This document shows positions 28,828 to 41,606 of a stretch of 64,000 bases of DNA, piece by piece. Where the stretch lies: contig OZ024748.1 in the NCBI GenBank assembly GCA_964016885.1, positions 53,444,001-53,508,000 of the forward strand, read 5' to 3'. Origin of the DNA: Eledone cirrhosa (taxonomy: Eukaryota). A program made the position numbers and the translations under genes. The number at the start of each line of letters is the position of its first letter. Within the stretch, counting starts at the first letter, position 1. The notes under the pieces were generated by a model that was not told the DNA's origin, did no database searches, and was given only the letters and a program-made list of their open reading frames with translations.

Positions 28828-28830
<3 letters not shown>
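28495..28830 (+). mobile_element. Penelope-like element 3' remnant
   Basis: Reads CKRSQHEWTCYFYLKTFCP, resembling the recalled E-x4-F-x-LKT-x2-P end of PLE GIY-YIG domains; followed by a hammerhead motif; homologous tail at 34650-34800 (-). Confidence 0.6.
28708..28743 (+). ncRNA. Minimal hammerhead ribozyme motif (intact core)
   Basis: tctt-CTGATGA-a-ggac(tagc)gtcc-GAAA-cg-TT-aaga; loopless palindromic stem III (ACGT). Confidence 0.75.
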
Positions 28831-28877
<47 letters not shown>

Positions 28878-29189
28878 ACCTCAAGCTTCTGCCTGCCACT
28901 GGTACCATGTAACTCACAACAACTTGCTTTACGGTCAAGTGATTGGCAACTAAACAGGCTCACTGGTCTGATGAGGAGATTAAGTAAAACCCCAGCAGTA
29001 GCACAATTAATAATAGCTATTAAAGATTAACTCCTCAGAGTCCACTGCCATCCACCCCAACTACGGTTAAAATAGCCGCACCAGGCCAAGCATGGACAGT
29101 ATGGCTACACTCCTCACATGACCAAAACCAGACAGAAAGCAGTGGAGGTTAACCAGGAGTGCGAAGGCTGTGGATTGGATGGGACATAT

Positions 29190-29273
29190 ATAGGAAAATA
29201 TTTAACCCTGTCGGCAGAGCTCAAGCCGTTTTGACGGCTTCAGCTCTGCCGTCAGGGTTAAACATTTTCCTAT
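29190..29273. repeat. ~84-nt inverted repeat/hairpin
   Basis: ataggaaaat a tttaaccctg t cggcagagct c aagccgt [tttg] acggctt c agctctgccg t cagggttaaa c attttcctat. Confidence 0.92.
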
Positions 29274-29349
29274 TACCCACTCTACTACCCTAAGTATTGA
29301 GTACTCTTGAGCGTTCTGGTCCATCTGGTTCCTTACCACACCTCCTTTG

Positions 29350-29415
<66 letters not shown>

Positions 29416-29513
29416 ATATTACTGATATTATACTCCAGAAGAAAACTGTTGAGTGCTTCTAATCTGTTATAAATTAAATTTGTTGAATAATCAACAAATT
29501 AAATAACTCAATG

Positions 29514-29571
<58 letters not shown>

Positions 29572-29639
29572 CACATACACACATCAAATTAAAAATGCAA
29601 AGAAATAATAGACAAAAATGTACCTATTTTTCCTTTAAA

Positions 29640-29730
29640 TTCCCGACTGCAGTTTCGCCAAATTGCTTTACAACAATCCTGCATTATAGATGCGCACCAT
29701 GTCTGTGAGGTCATAAGGCTTATCACGAAA
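29640..29730 (-). ncRNA. Decayed hammerhead-like motif
   Basis: Minus strand: tttc-GTGATAA-gcc..ggc-GAAA-ctgcag-TC-ggga; palindromic stem III and GUC site, but two core changes. Confidence 0.45.
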
Positions 29731-30029
29731 CCCCTCAATTAGTGGACTGTTTCTTGACCCAATTGTTAGAAGTGAATAATTCTTGAGAGGCGAAGGGAGA
29801 TATTAACACATGATACTGTGGTCACGGAAGGGATGTATTAGCTAGAAATTGCAGTTAACACCTTCATGGTTAACTCGACCATAAGGGAGTTGGGACACAG
29901 ATACATAGGTATATGTTTGTGTGGTGTCCACCTCAACCACTCTTGCTCAATTACCAAAAGAGTTAAAATAATCAAAAGAATTAAAATAATCAATTAATCA
30001 GAGCTATTTATCATATATATATATATATG

Positions 30030-30068
<39 letters not shown>

Positions 30069-30075
<7 letters not shown>

Positions 30076-30707
30076 TTAAAACAATGAAATAAAAAATCAA
30101 GTCATTAGAGATATACTTCACTGCTTTACGATCGTTTCTAGGTGATGATAATACATTGTAGCTATACTTTGTTATTGATCTATATAAGGTTAGTTACAAA
30201 ATATCAGATAAAGAGAATATTTACTTACATTCATATCACCAGCTGTTTTCAAAAGCAATAATAATTTTATTCAGAATTAGTAGTATGTTAATATCTTGCC
30301 CTTATTTGGAGGTAGTTGAAGAACTAACCATTCAAATTGTTTTTTTCATATGATGTTAAGATGAAAAGTAATTCACTTTAGTGAATTCACTTTACTAAAG
30401 TGAATTACTTTTCATCTTAACATCATATGAAAAAAACAATTTGATTCGTTAGTTCTTCAACTACCTCCAAATAAGGGCAAGATATTAACATACTACTAAT
30501 TCTGAATAAAAGTATTATTGCTTTTGAAAACAGCTGGTGATATGAATGTAAGTAAATATTCTCTTTATCTGATATTTTGTAACTAACCTTATATAGATCA
30601 ATGATGAAGTATAACTACAATGTATTATCATCCCCTAGAAACGATCGTAAAGCAGTGAAATATATCTCTAAAGACTTGATTTTTTATTTCATTGTTTTAA
30701 CTTATAT
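30069..30707. repeat. ~640-bp near-perfect palindrome (~314-bp arms, 11-nt spacer)
   Basis: Arms 30069-30382 and 30394-30707 are reverse complements with about 10 mismatches by manual count. Confidence 0.96.
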
Positions 30708-30834
30708 CATGACTCTGTTTTCCTTTTAATGTTTTATTGTTTTCCGGGATTTATCTTAATCTACAACATTTTCAACAGATGGATTACTTTGAGTTCTTCA
30801 TACAGAATAGACCCCACAACTTACAGTGGATATC

Positions 30835-30880
<46 letters not shown>

Positions 30881-31022
30881 CAAGGTTTAGCAAATAGAGA
30901 AAAAGTTTTTAAATACATTTTTAAAAGTTTACTGTACTTACTATAATTACCTTTACCGCGCGGTTTCAAGTCTTAAAATAAATCGATAATCCATGCAGAA
31001 CTCCATTGAGAAGAAGACTTAA

Positions 31023-31122
<100 letters not shown>

Positions 31123-31309
31123 AAATAGGTTATATATAGGCACAGCTGTGTATATTTGCAAACAAAGCTGTGTTGGGTTGACCTGAAGCTATGGCAAATG
31201 ATACTTACCTAAAGAGACACACAGTGCCATGAAACCCTCAACATAATGACTATGAAGTGAAGTTTTTAATCATTTAGCCATTCTGTGTACTCACAAGACA
31301 TGTAAAAGG

Positions 31310-31650
31310 GTAAAGTCCTGCTTTGGTCATAAATAACTTTGGGATTGGCACCTAGAAAGTTCCCCCTCTGGGGCACAACCCTGGGTAAGGTTGTTTGTAG
31401 AAGACCAGCAATCACCCAAGCATACCAGTCTCCCCTCTCCATGGCACCGATGTTGTTCAAAGGAAAAACAATGGCCTATACAGCTTAGCACTAGTGACAC
31501 TGTTACTCATTTCTACAGTTGAGTAAACAGGAGCAATGTGAAATAAAGTGTCTTGCTCAAGGACACAACACAGCAGTCAATCTGGAAATCAAACTCACAA
31601 CCTTCTGATTGCAAGCTTCATGCTTACACAAGTAAGTCATCTGGCTTCAC
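31310..31650 (-). mobile_element. SINE family B
   Basis: ctcatttctacagttgagtaaacaggagcaatgtgaaataaagtgtcttgctcaagg. Confidence 0.8.
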
Positions 31651-31919
31651 ACTAGACATGTACTAAACAAGAATTAGAATGTTAATACTCATAAAACCTC
31701 AGCTGTCTTCAGTAAAAAGAAGAAAAATCAATGTTTTAAAAATAACAAAATCTAAAAGAACTTTGGAAATCTCTTGTGTTAGAATACATGAAAGTCACTT
31801 AAAATAGCATAAAATAAAGAGGAAAATAGAATTTGGAAATATATTTAAAACGTTTAAATATAGAAATTAAAATAATGATGAAAATAAAGAATATTACAGC
31901 AAGTATATAGACATATGTG

Positions 31920-32001
<82 letters not shown>

Positions 32002-32035
32002 AGATAAACAGGAAGAAATACACAAACATATATAC

Positions 32036-32118
<83 letters not shown>

Positions 32119-32863
32119 AACATACATTCACATAGATATATAATTTAAAAATGAAAATTGGACAAAATTTGAAACTGCAAAATAAAGACACAATGAAAAA
32201 GTAAAAACAATTATTTTAAATTTGAAAAAGCAGAAATAAAACCCAAAATAAATTTAAATTTAATGAAATATATGAAGGGAAAGAATATATGTGTGTGTTT
32301 GTGTGTATTTACATATATATATATGTATGTATATATATATGAATTGATTGCTTTGTTCACACTTCGAATTTGCCCACCAAAAACCTGGATATGATTCTTC
32401 CTCATTCCTTGAGAAAGAACACGTTACCCCAATGCTAGATTTGATACTATAGTAATCACAAGAGTCACATTGCACTGACCGGCTGGCTCACAGAACGAAA
32501 TTCCTGTTGATAAAGTGATTCCACGTTCAATCTTGATACAGTACAGACTTGTATATTGCACAATTTGGATTGTTGATTTAGATTTCACAGAAACCAATCA
32601 AAGATATTTTATATCTATCAATTAGGACCAGGTTCGTATGAACCTGTTTGTATTTTCGTTGTTGTAGTGGCTGTTGTGGCATTCTTTACTTAGCCACAGT
32701 TTTCAATTTGTCACACCTTTAATGTATGTTTATTACTCTATGATTTAATTTATCGATTTATTAATATCATCTTATCGAGTGCTTGTGCAAGCTTCTGAGG
32801 ATTGTTCTTTCAAGAGATGCTACCATAGTTGGTTGCTACTTCGATTTTACTCACTATCATTAT

Positions 32864-34030
<1,167 letters not shown>

Positions 34031-34164
34031 GTCACTGGACCGAGATCTTAGGCCTTACCTAAGTGCAAAGCAAAACCTACAGTCAGTAGGCACCTCTTAA
34101 CCAAAATACACCCCCGTCCCACTACCCCTACCCCATCCACACCACCCCCTTCCGATGTAAAATT

Positions 34165-34446
34165 ATGTTGGTACCACAACATCCAGTCCTAAATAAATGA
34201 AGTCGTGTAGGTGTCATGACAAAAAAACACACAGTCCACGCTGTAATGTCGCCGTGTAGGAAACACGGTAAAAACCTCCTAGTCCACACTGTAAACGTGG
34301 TTGGTGTTAGGAAGGGCATCCAGCTGTAGAAAACCTGCCAGACAGTCCGCCATGAGCAAGACAACCAAATTTGCCTCAAGTGGAAAAATTCCTGTCCAAA
34401 TCCATGCTAGCGTGGAAGATGGACGTTAAACGATGATGATGATGAT
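34165..34446 (+). mobile_element. Family C SINE-like element
   Basis: Sibling of 13682; ends ggacgttaaac(gat)n. Confidence 0.85.
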
Positions 34447-34519
34447 ATATATATATATCCGTATGTGGTTGGTGGCTGAGAGAAAGAGTACTCAATACCG
34501 AAGTAGAGGTTTAATATTC

Positions 34520-34617
34520 ATTTTATTAAAGCTAAATAGTGAGTCTTGTTTGATGACCCTGTGATAAACAGTTGAAACTCCAGAGTAACAAGACTCACTA
34601 TTTGGCCTTAATAAAAT
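34520..34617 (+). ncRNA. Hammerhead motif with very long stem I (C3>U variant)
   Basis: aaatagtgagtcttgt-TTGATGA-cc ctgt(gataa)acag tt-GAAA-ctccagag-TA-acaagactcactattt; stem I is 16 bp perfect and ~30 bp in total. Confidence 0.7.
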
Positions 34618-34619
34618 AA

Positions 34620-34657
<38 letters not shown>

Positions 34658-34736
34658 GTAAACAGAAACAACAAAGCAAACAACACAGTACAATGAAGAA
34701 ATATATTAGTTTAACGATGAAATAATAAGAAAAGAT

Positions 34737-34772
34737 TCTTAATGATTCGAACACTAGTCTTTCATCAGAGGA
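34737..34772 (-). ncRNA. Decayed copy of the 28708 hammerhead family
   Basis: Minus strand CTGATGAaagactagtgttcGAAtcattaaga versus CTGATGAaggactagcgtccGAAAcgttaaga; downstream flanks are also homologous. Confidence 0.6.
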
Positions 34773-34824
34773 GAGAACAATAAAGAGTGAAAAGAGGAAG
34801 GAACGGGAAAAACAAATTGAAGAA

Positions 34825-34855
<31 letters not shown>

Positions 34856-34863
34856 TAGATAAA

Positions 34864-34953
34864 CATATCTGAGGATCTTTCGATTCCAGAGCCAGGTTCA
34901 ATCACTATTAGATCATTCCTCGAGCTGATCGACAGTGAAACATATGTAATATG
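34864..34953 (+). ncRNA. Hammerhead ribozyme motif (intact core, long stem II)
   Basis: catat-CTGAGGA-tctttcgat..atcgacagt-GAAA-catatg-TA-atatg; stem I catat/atatg; palindromic stem III ACATATGT. Confidence 0.75.
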
Positions 34954-35081
34954 ATATTAAATATGTTATGATGCAACACAGATTCTTTGTTCCTTTATTC
35001 TAAAAGTGTGGACATTAGAAAACGTTCTATGCAGATCACGTTATATAAGGAAAATGATAAGAAAAGGGATGGGGTGAAAAG

Positions 35082-35198
35082 CACACCTGGTATATATATA
35101 TGTATAAAAAATGATCTTTATAACATGTACAAAACATCAATTTTTTGTACATGTTATAAGATCCATTTTTTAAAATATATATATATATACCAGGTGTG
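35082..35198. repeat. ~115-nt imperfect inverted repeat
   Basis: cacacctggtatatatata..ttataacatgtacaaaa / ttttgtacatgttataa..tatatatataccaggtgtg. Confidence 0.85.
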
Positions 35199-35242
35199 GT
35201 TTTTGAAACCCCCTCTTTTTATTATTATTTTCCTTATATATA

Positions 35243-35296
<54 letters not shown>

Positions 35297-35343
35297 TATA
35301 TATATATACACACATTTATATATACACATATATATATACATAT

Positions 35344-35404
<61 letters not shown>

Positions 35405-35572
35405 TATACACACATATATTTATACACACATATATATATATGCATATATATCATCATCATCATCATCATCATAGTTTTATGTTGATTCTTCCACGCCAGG
35501 ATGGGTTAGACGGGTTGTCCTGTTGTGGGCAATGTTAGGTCGACTGACCTTGTCTTGCTCATACAGGAACTG

Positions 35573-35611
<39 letters not shown>

Positions 35612-36030
35612 CACACATTTGTTTTGTTGTTTTTTTGTATGGGTTAAAATAAAGAATCTTTCATTTTGTTTTGTCAATAATACTAAATCTGTAAAATCTA
35701 AATTTGGAAGTATCCAGCGCGTTTCTCCATCATCAGTAACAAATAGTTTGAGAGGAAGTTGATGGTTTAAATAAATGTCATAATGTAGTTACAGTGAGCA
35801 AGAGAAGAGATATGAGGTTTTGAATTTGAGGCATTTTGATTATATGGGAATCTTATTTAACAAGTTTTTTTCAAATAAATTTATTTGAGAAAAGAAAAGA
35901 AAAAAAATTGAATAATGAAAGTAAGGGAAAGGGGGTTGGAGTGGCAGAATCTACACCCCAGTCTAGGTGGCATATATCAGCAATGTCCTGTACAGAAAAT
36001 GACAATTACATTGTTGGGAAGAACATATGA

Positions 36031-36247
36031 TTAACCCTTTAGCATTTACATTACTCTGTATTTACTATTATATTTTCACGGTAAAGGTTTTATCTCACAT
36101 AATATCGAATCAATGACATTTTGGTATTATCTATTTTGAGAACAATGCCTTAACATCTGTATGATTGGCTGGTTACAGCTGGTTTAAACAGAATGAGGTG
36201 AGAGATTTTCTGGCTGGCTATGGCCACTTTAAATGCTAAAGGATTAA
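36031..36247 (-). mobile_element. TTAA-targeted (piggyBac-type) MITE
   Basis: TTAA-CCCTTTAGCATTTA..TAAATGCTAAAGGA-TTAA; homologous, in opposite orientation, to 57947 and 61790. Confidence 0.85.
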
Positions 36248-37129
36248 AGATGAGAGAGATGGTGAGTAGAGATGTAGTGTAATTAGAAGCAAGACTAGTG
36301 GTTCTATCTTTATATTTTGGTTATTTAGTGATTGATAACATGACCAGATCTACTCCTGCCTGTATTTGTCTATATGATAAAAAAAAAAAATGTCAGTCCA
36401 CTGATATCATTGGAGTTGTCCCCCTTGCTTCTTGTTTTTAGACTTTACATTGTGTATTTCATTAAAAATACAGTTCTGAAAGGGTTAATGCCAGTTGTAA
36501 GTCTGCAAAATATAGATGTGTATAGAAATACAACTAGTTGACAAAGGGTAGGTTCAGTGTTAGTGTTAGAATTAGGTTTACAGCATAAGACAGCAAGGTT
36601 CTTTCTTGTACCCAAAGTCACTGAAGTTAAGAATAATCAATAGCATACCTACACCTTAACGAAGAGAAAGGGTATAATTTTCATTTATTTATTTTTATTG
36701 CCAGGTGAAGGGATGTTTATATATATATATATATATATAAACGATGATGATATATATTTGGAGAGATGTTTTTTTTTTCCCCCATGTGTTTGAGAAGTGG
36801 GTGGTGAAGTAGGTGGAGCAATGTATTTATTTGTTCAGGGATTAACAAGGAAGTGGTGTGCTGCTGCAGGTTGGGTAACGGTAAGGAGAGGGGAGAGAGA
36901 GGAAAGTTATAGTACAAGGGGTACAGGAATGAAATATTTTCTTAGTCTTTTCATTTCCCCCTCTCCACACACACCTCTCCCCAACCTACTTGTTCCCATA
37001 TTAATCTGCTTCCACCCTAACTATCTCATTTTCTACCCCTCACCCCTACCAAACCCCTTCAGAGTTCTCTCCACCTCTACTCCCCTTCCCTTTCTTTTAT
37101 TTATTTTCATTATTTATCTGTTTATTTGG

Positions 37130-37621
37130 TGGAGAACCATGCAATGGCAGAGCTGTTTGCAGGCCAGGAGAAATATCTCACAGTATTCGTTAAGGTTCTT
37201 TGTTGTATTGGAGGACCATGTAATGGCAGAGATGTTTGCAGGCCAGGAGAAATATCTCACAGTATTTGTTAAGGTTCTTTGTTGTATTGGAGGACCATGT
37301 AATGGCAGAGCTGTTTGCAGCCCAGGAGAAATATCTCGCAGTATTCGTTAAGGTTCTTTGTTGTATTGGAGGACCATGTAATGGCAGAGATGTTTGCAGG
37401 CCAGGAGAAATATCTCACAGTATTTGTTAAGGTTCTTTGTTGTATTGGAGGACCATGCAATGGCAAAGCTGTTTGCAGGCCAGGAGAAATATCTCACAGT
37501 ATTTGTTAAGGCTCTTTGTTGTATTGGAGGACCATGCAATGGCAAATATGTTAGCAGGCCAGGAGAAATATCTCATAGTATTTGTTAAGGTTCTTTGTTG
37601 TATTGCAGGACCATGCAATGG
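37130..37621. repeat. 79-bp minisatellite, ~6 copies
   Basis: ggaggaccatgcaatggcagagctgtttgcaggccaggagaaatatctcacagtattcgttaaggttctttgttgtatt. Confidence 0.96.
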
Positions 37622-37840
37622 ATATGTAGTTAAAAAGTTTCAGGAAAGAATCGGTGGACAGATTTTACAGGCAGAACCAAGTGACAAGAGACACAGGAGT
37701 AGACCCCGAGTAAGATGGTTGGATAACATCGATAAGCTTGACTGGTCTTGCTTGGAGATACAGCCTGATCAGTTGGAGACAGTTGCGGGAAGGAGTATTT
37801 GAGGACTCATGAAGTCTTCCCCATGACCCTCTCAGGAATA
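37620..37840 (+). mobile_element. LINE (RTE-like) C-terminal remnant
   Basis: GYVVK..QERIGGQILQAEPSDKRHRSRPRVRWLDNI resembles the GHV.R..R....L...P.GKR.RGRPR.RW.D motif. Confidence 0.65.
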
Positions 37841-38479
37841 AGTGGTCAAATAAGAACTTTTCAAACCCTGTTCTTTTGCCATATTTCTCTATGCTAAATG
37901 CTAAAGGGTTAAATATGAAATACACATATCATAGATCTAGGTATGTTATTCCTGAAAATATGATGAGGTGGTCACAGTTGGAAAGCCTTTATTTGTAGAC
38001 CTGCTCATTCAGTGACAACATAGTACAAAACAACAATAAAAGTTATACCAACATCATCATCACCATTTCTATTACTACTACTATTATGGTTATATCACTA
38101 TCCCCTTCATCAGCAGCAGCAGCACGACTACTACTACTACTACTACTACTACAGTTACCATTACCATAACCACCACCACAATTACCACACAACAATCATC
38201 ATCACCATCATTACTGCAATTACCACAACCATCACCACCACCACCACTACCATCACCACTACCACCACCACAACCACCACCACCACTACCACAAGAGCCA
38301 CCAGCCACCATTTTGTTAGAAAATTTGCTAATCACTGCAAAATTAATGAAGGTTATTTAGGGTCAGTTAATGTGGTGAACTTTGGTCAGTGGAAGGTATG
38401 GTTATAGTAGAGGTGGGGAGGAGTGGTAGTGTGGTTGGGGGGGGGGGGGGTAGATGGTGAAGATGATGAGGTGGGGTGA

Positions 38480-38930
38480 TGGTGGAAGGTATGGTTTAGT
38501 AGAGGTGGAGGGGCTGAGTGGTACTGTGGTGGTGTTGTGGTGGGGGAAGGTATGGTTTAGTAGAGATGGAGGGGGTGAGTGGTACTGTGGTGGGGTTGTG
38601 GTGGGGGAAGGTATGGTTTAGTAGAGGTGGAGCGGGGAAGGGTAGTGTGGTGGGATGGGGGGTGGCGTTGATAGGGTGGGGTGGTGGTGGAAGGTATGGT
38701 TTAGTAGAGGTGGAGGGGCTGAGTGGTACTGTGGTGGTGTTGTGGTGGGGGAAGGTATGGTTTAGTAGAGATGGAGGGGGTGAGTGGTACTGTGGTGGGG
38801 TTGTGGTGGGGGAAGGTATGGTTTAGTAGAGGTGGAGCGGGGAAGGGTAGTGTGGTGGGATGGGGGGTGGCGTTGATAGGGTGGGGTGGTGGTGGAAGGT
38901 ATGGTTTAGTAGAGGTGGAGGGGAGTGGTG
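38480..38930. repeat. G-rich ~205-bp tandem duplication with ggaaggtatggtttagtagag subunits
   Basis: Identical translated ORFs offset by 205 bp (38518 and 38723). Confidence 0.9.
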
Positions 38931-39134
38931 GTACGGTCGTGGTATTTGTGGTGTGGTGGTGGAAAGTATGTTTCAGTAGAGGGGGGGGGTAACGTGGTGG
39001 TGGTGGTGTCGGGGGGGGGGGGGGGAAATACTGGTCAATGAGTTGGGTGAGAGTGTGTGTGTGTGCAGATGGTCAGTTGTATTGGTATGTCTGTGCTTAA
39101 TGGTCAATCAGTAATTAGTATATGAATATATCTA

Positions 39135-39143
39135 TTATGTATG

Positions 39144-39184
<41 letters not shown>

Positions 39185-39298
39185 ATGTATACATATATAT
39201 ATGTATGTATACATATATATATATATACATGTATGTGTGTATACATATATATATATACATGTATGTATGTATACATATATATATACATGTATGTATGT

Positions 39299-39331
<33 letters not shown>

Positions 39332-39332
39332 C

Positions 39333-39372
<40 letters not shown>

Positions 39373-39444
39373 ATGTGTGTATATATATATATGTGTGTGT
39401 GTATGTTTATATATATAAATGTGTGTGTATATATATATATGTGT

Positions 39445-39494
<50 letters not shown>

Positions 39495-39684
39495 ATGTGT
39501 GTATATATATATATGTGTGTGTATGTGTGTTGATATATATATGTATAACTTTCTGTATACATGTGTGTGTGCATAAATCTTGGTGTATATTATATCTATG
39601 TGCTTATATAAATATATCTATATGGTTGTATGTGAGAAAAGAAATGGTAGACAAGCTTGAAAGGAGAGATTAGAAAGATAGAGG

Positions 39685-39722
<38 letters not shown>

Positions 39723-39802
39723 CGGGGAGAAAGAGTATGATGGAGAGAGAGAGACTAAAAATGAAACAATGTTGGGGGGGGGGGCATGAGAGTGACAACA
39801 AT

Positions 39803-39842
<40 letters not shown>

Positions 39843-40072
39843 AGTGAGATAGAGGGAATGACTGGAAGGGAGATAATCCCGGAGTGGGGCATTAGAGAGA
39901 GACAGAGAGAAAGAAAGACAGAGAGAGAGAGAGAAAGATACTGAAAGGGAGCCAATGATTGGGGGGTGGGGGCATGAGAGAGGGAGAGAAAGAGGGAATT
40001 ACTGAAGAGAGAGAGAGAGAAAGGGTGAGAGAGAAAGAATGAGCGAGAGAGAGAGAAAGAGAGCGACTGAAA

Positions 40073-40120
<48 letters not shown>

Positions 40121-40173
40121 AAGGGTGAGAAAGTGAGAGATAGAGAAAGAGAGAGAGAGAGACTGAAAGGGTG

Positions 40174-40225
<52 letters not shown>
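39135..40225. repeat. (TA)/(TG)/(GA) microsatellite complex
   Basis: Direct reading. Confidence 0.93.
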
Positions 40226-40228
<3 letters not shown>

Positions 40229-40399
40229 TCTGAAAGAAATGAGAGTAATTACCGTCAGAATTGTCTGCTAATTATGACAACCATTTAGTGCCACTTAGAG
40301 TAAATGACTTCATTATTACACAAACTTTGACCTTTTTAATCTTTGATTTACATCCAGCCTCAAAATTGCAATTTTATTTTTGGTAACTAATTTATCATG

Positions 40400-41500
40400 A
40401 AGCCATTTGAGTCAAATTACTAGCGATGGTGTGGTGGGGAGATGGTGGTGTATGGAGAGGGTTTTTACTTCTGAGATCCAACACTCTATTAACCCATGAC
40501 TAAACCCCACTACCAGGCTTTGCTCCTTAAATCTAAGGGTGTATTATCATCCCATGATTGGGTCCTGCCTAGGATTTACTCCTTAAATACAACGCTGTAT
40601 TAACCTGTGACTGCCCCACCCAGGTTTTACTCCTTAAATCCAAAGCTGTATTAACCCATCACTGCCTTCCCACCAAGATTTACTCCTTAAATCCAAGGGT
40701 GTATTATCATCCCATAACTGGGCCCTGCCTAGGTTTTACTCCTGAGATCCAACGCTGTATTAACCCATCACTTCCACCCCACTTCCCAGGCTTTACTCCT
40801 TATACCCAAGGGTGTATTGTCCCCATGATTGGAGCTCCTTGGATTTCAAGTATTTTGGGAGCCCTTCTATTGTTTGAATCTGTTGTCCCACCACAGCAAA
40901 ACAAAAAGAAAAAAAACCTGCCTGGGCCCTTCGTAAAATTTATCGTGAAGATCTTTGAGTCAAATTACTCGCGATGGTGTAAATTTGTGTGTGGATGGGA
41001 GGGGGTGTAATGGAGAGTGTTTTGCTCTTAGATCCAGGCTATATTAACCCATGACTTATGGGCCCTGCCTATGTTTTACTCCTTAAATTCAGGGTTGTAT
41101 TAACACATGACTGCCCCACCCCACCTAGATTATACTCCTTAGATCCATGACTGGGGCCCTAGACTGTACTCCTTAGATCAAAGGCTGTATCAACCCATGT
41201 CTGCCCCCAACACCTAGGTTTTACTCCTTAAATCCAAGGTTGTATTAACCCCATGAGGTCCTCCCCAGGTTTTCAAGTAGTTTGGGTACCCTTCTATTAC
41301 TTGAATCTTTACCCTACCACAGCAAAAACCAACAACATCTGACTGGCCCTATGACAACCTTATCATGAAGTCATTTGGAGCAAATTACTTAGCATAGTGT
41401 GTGAATGAGGGTGGGGGTATATGGAGAGGTTTTTACTCCTTAGATCCAGAGTTATATCAACTCATGGCTAGGCCCTTAAGCTTTCAAGTATTTCAGGCTC
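40400..41500. repeat. Diverged ~50-bp tandem repeat within a larger triplicated unit
   Basis: Recurring ggttttactccttaaatccaagggtgtattaacccatgactg; tcatgaagycatttg..caaattact..gatggtg-like block at ~40395, 40945 and 41365. Confidence 0.8.
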
Positions 41501-41606
41501 AATCTTGCACTGTAGCAAAAAAAAAAAAATGAAAAAGAGGCTGAACGATCCTTCACCCCTAAAGGTCCTCTATGCTTCATTTTAGTCAGCCTTAAAAATA
41601 ATATAT

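Noticed and set aside
28962-29040. CTGATGAggag..ctcc as a hammerhead
   Set aside because: GAAA and the NUH/stem I partner are absent; at best a heavily decayed remnant
32380-32490. Minus-strand VQCDSCDYY..IGVT as a PHD finger of a LINE ORF1
   Set aside because: His and Cys ligands are missing; similarity is too short
32787-32836. gcaagctt-CTGAGGA-ttg..caa-GAGA..ggttgc hammerhead-like arrangement
   Set aside because: Core change plus poor stem I and stem III; too weak to call as a feature
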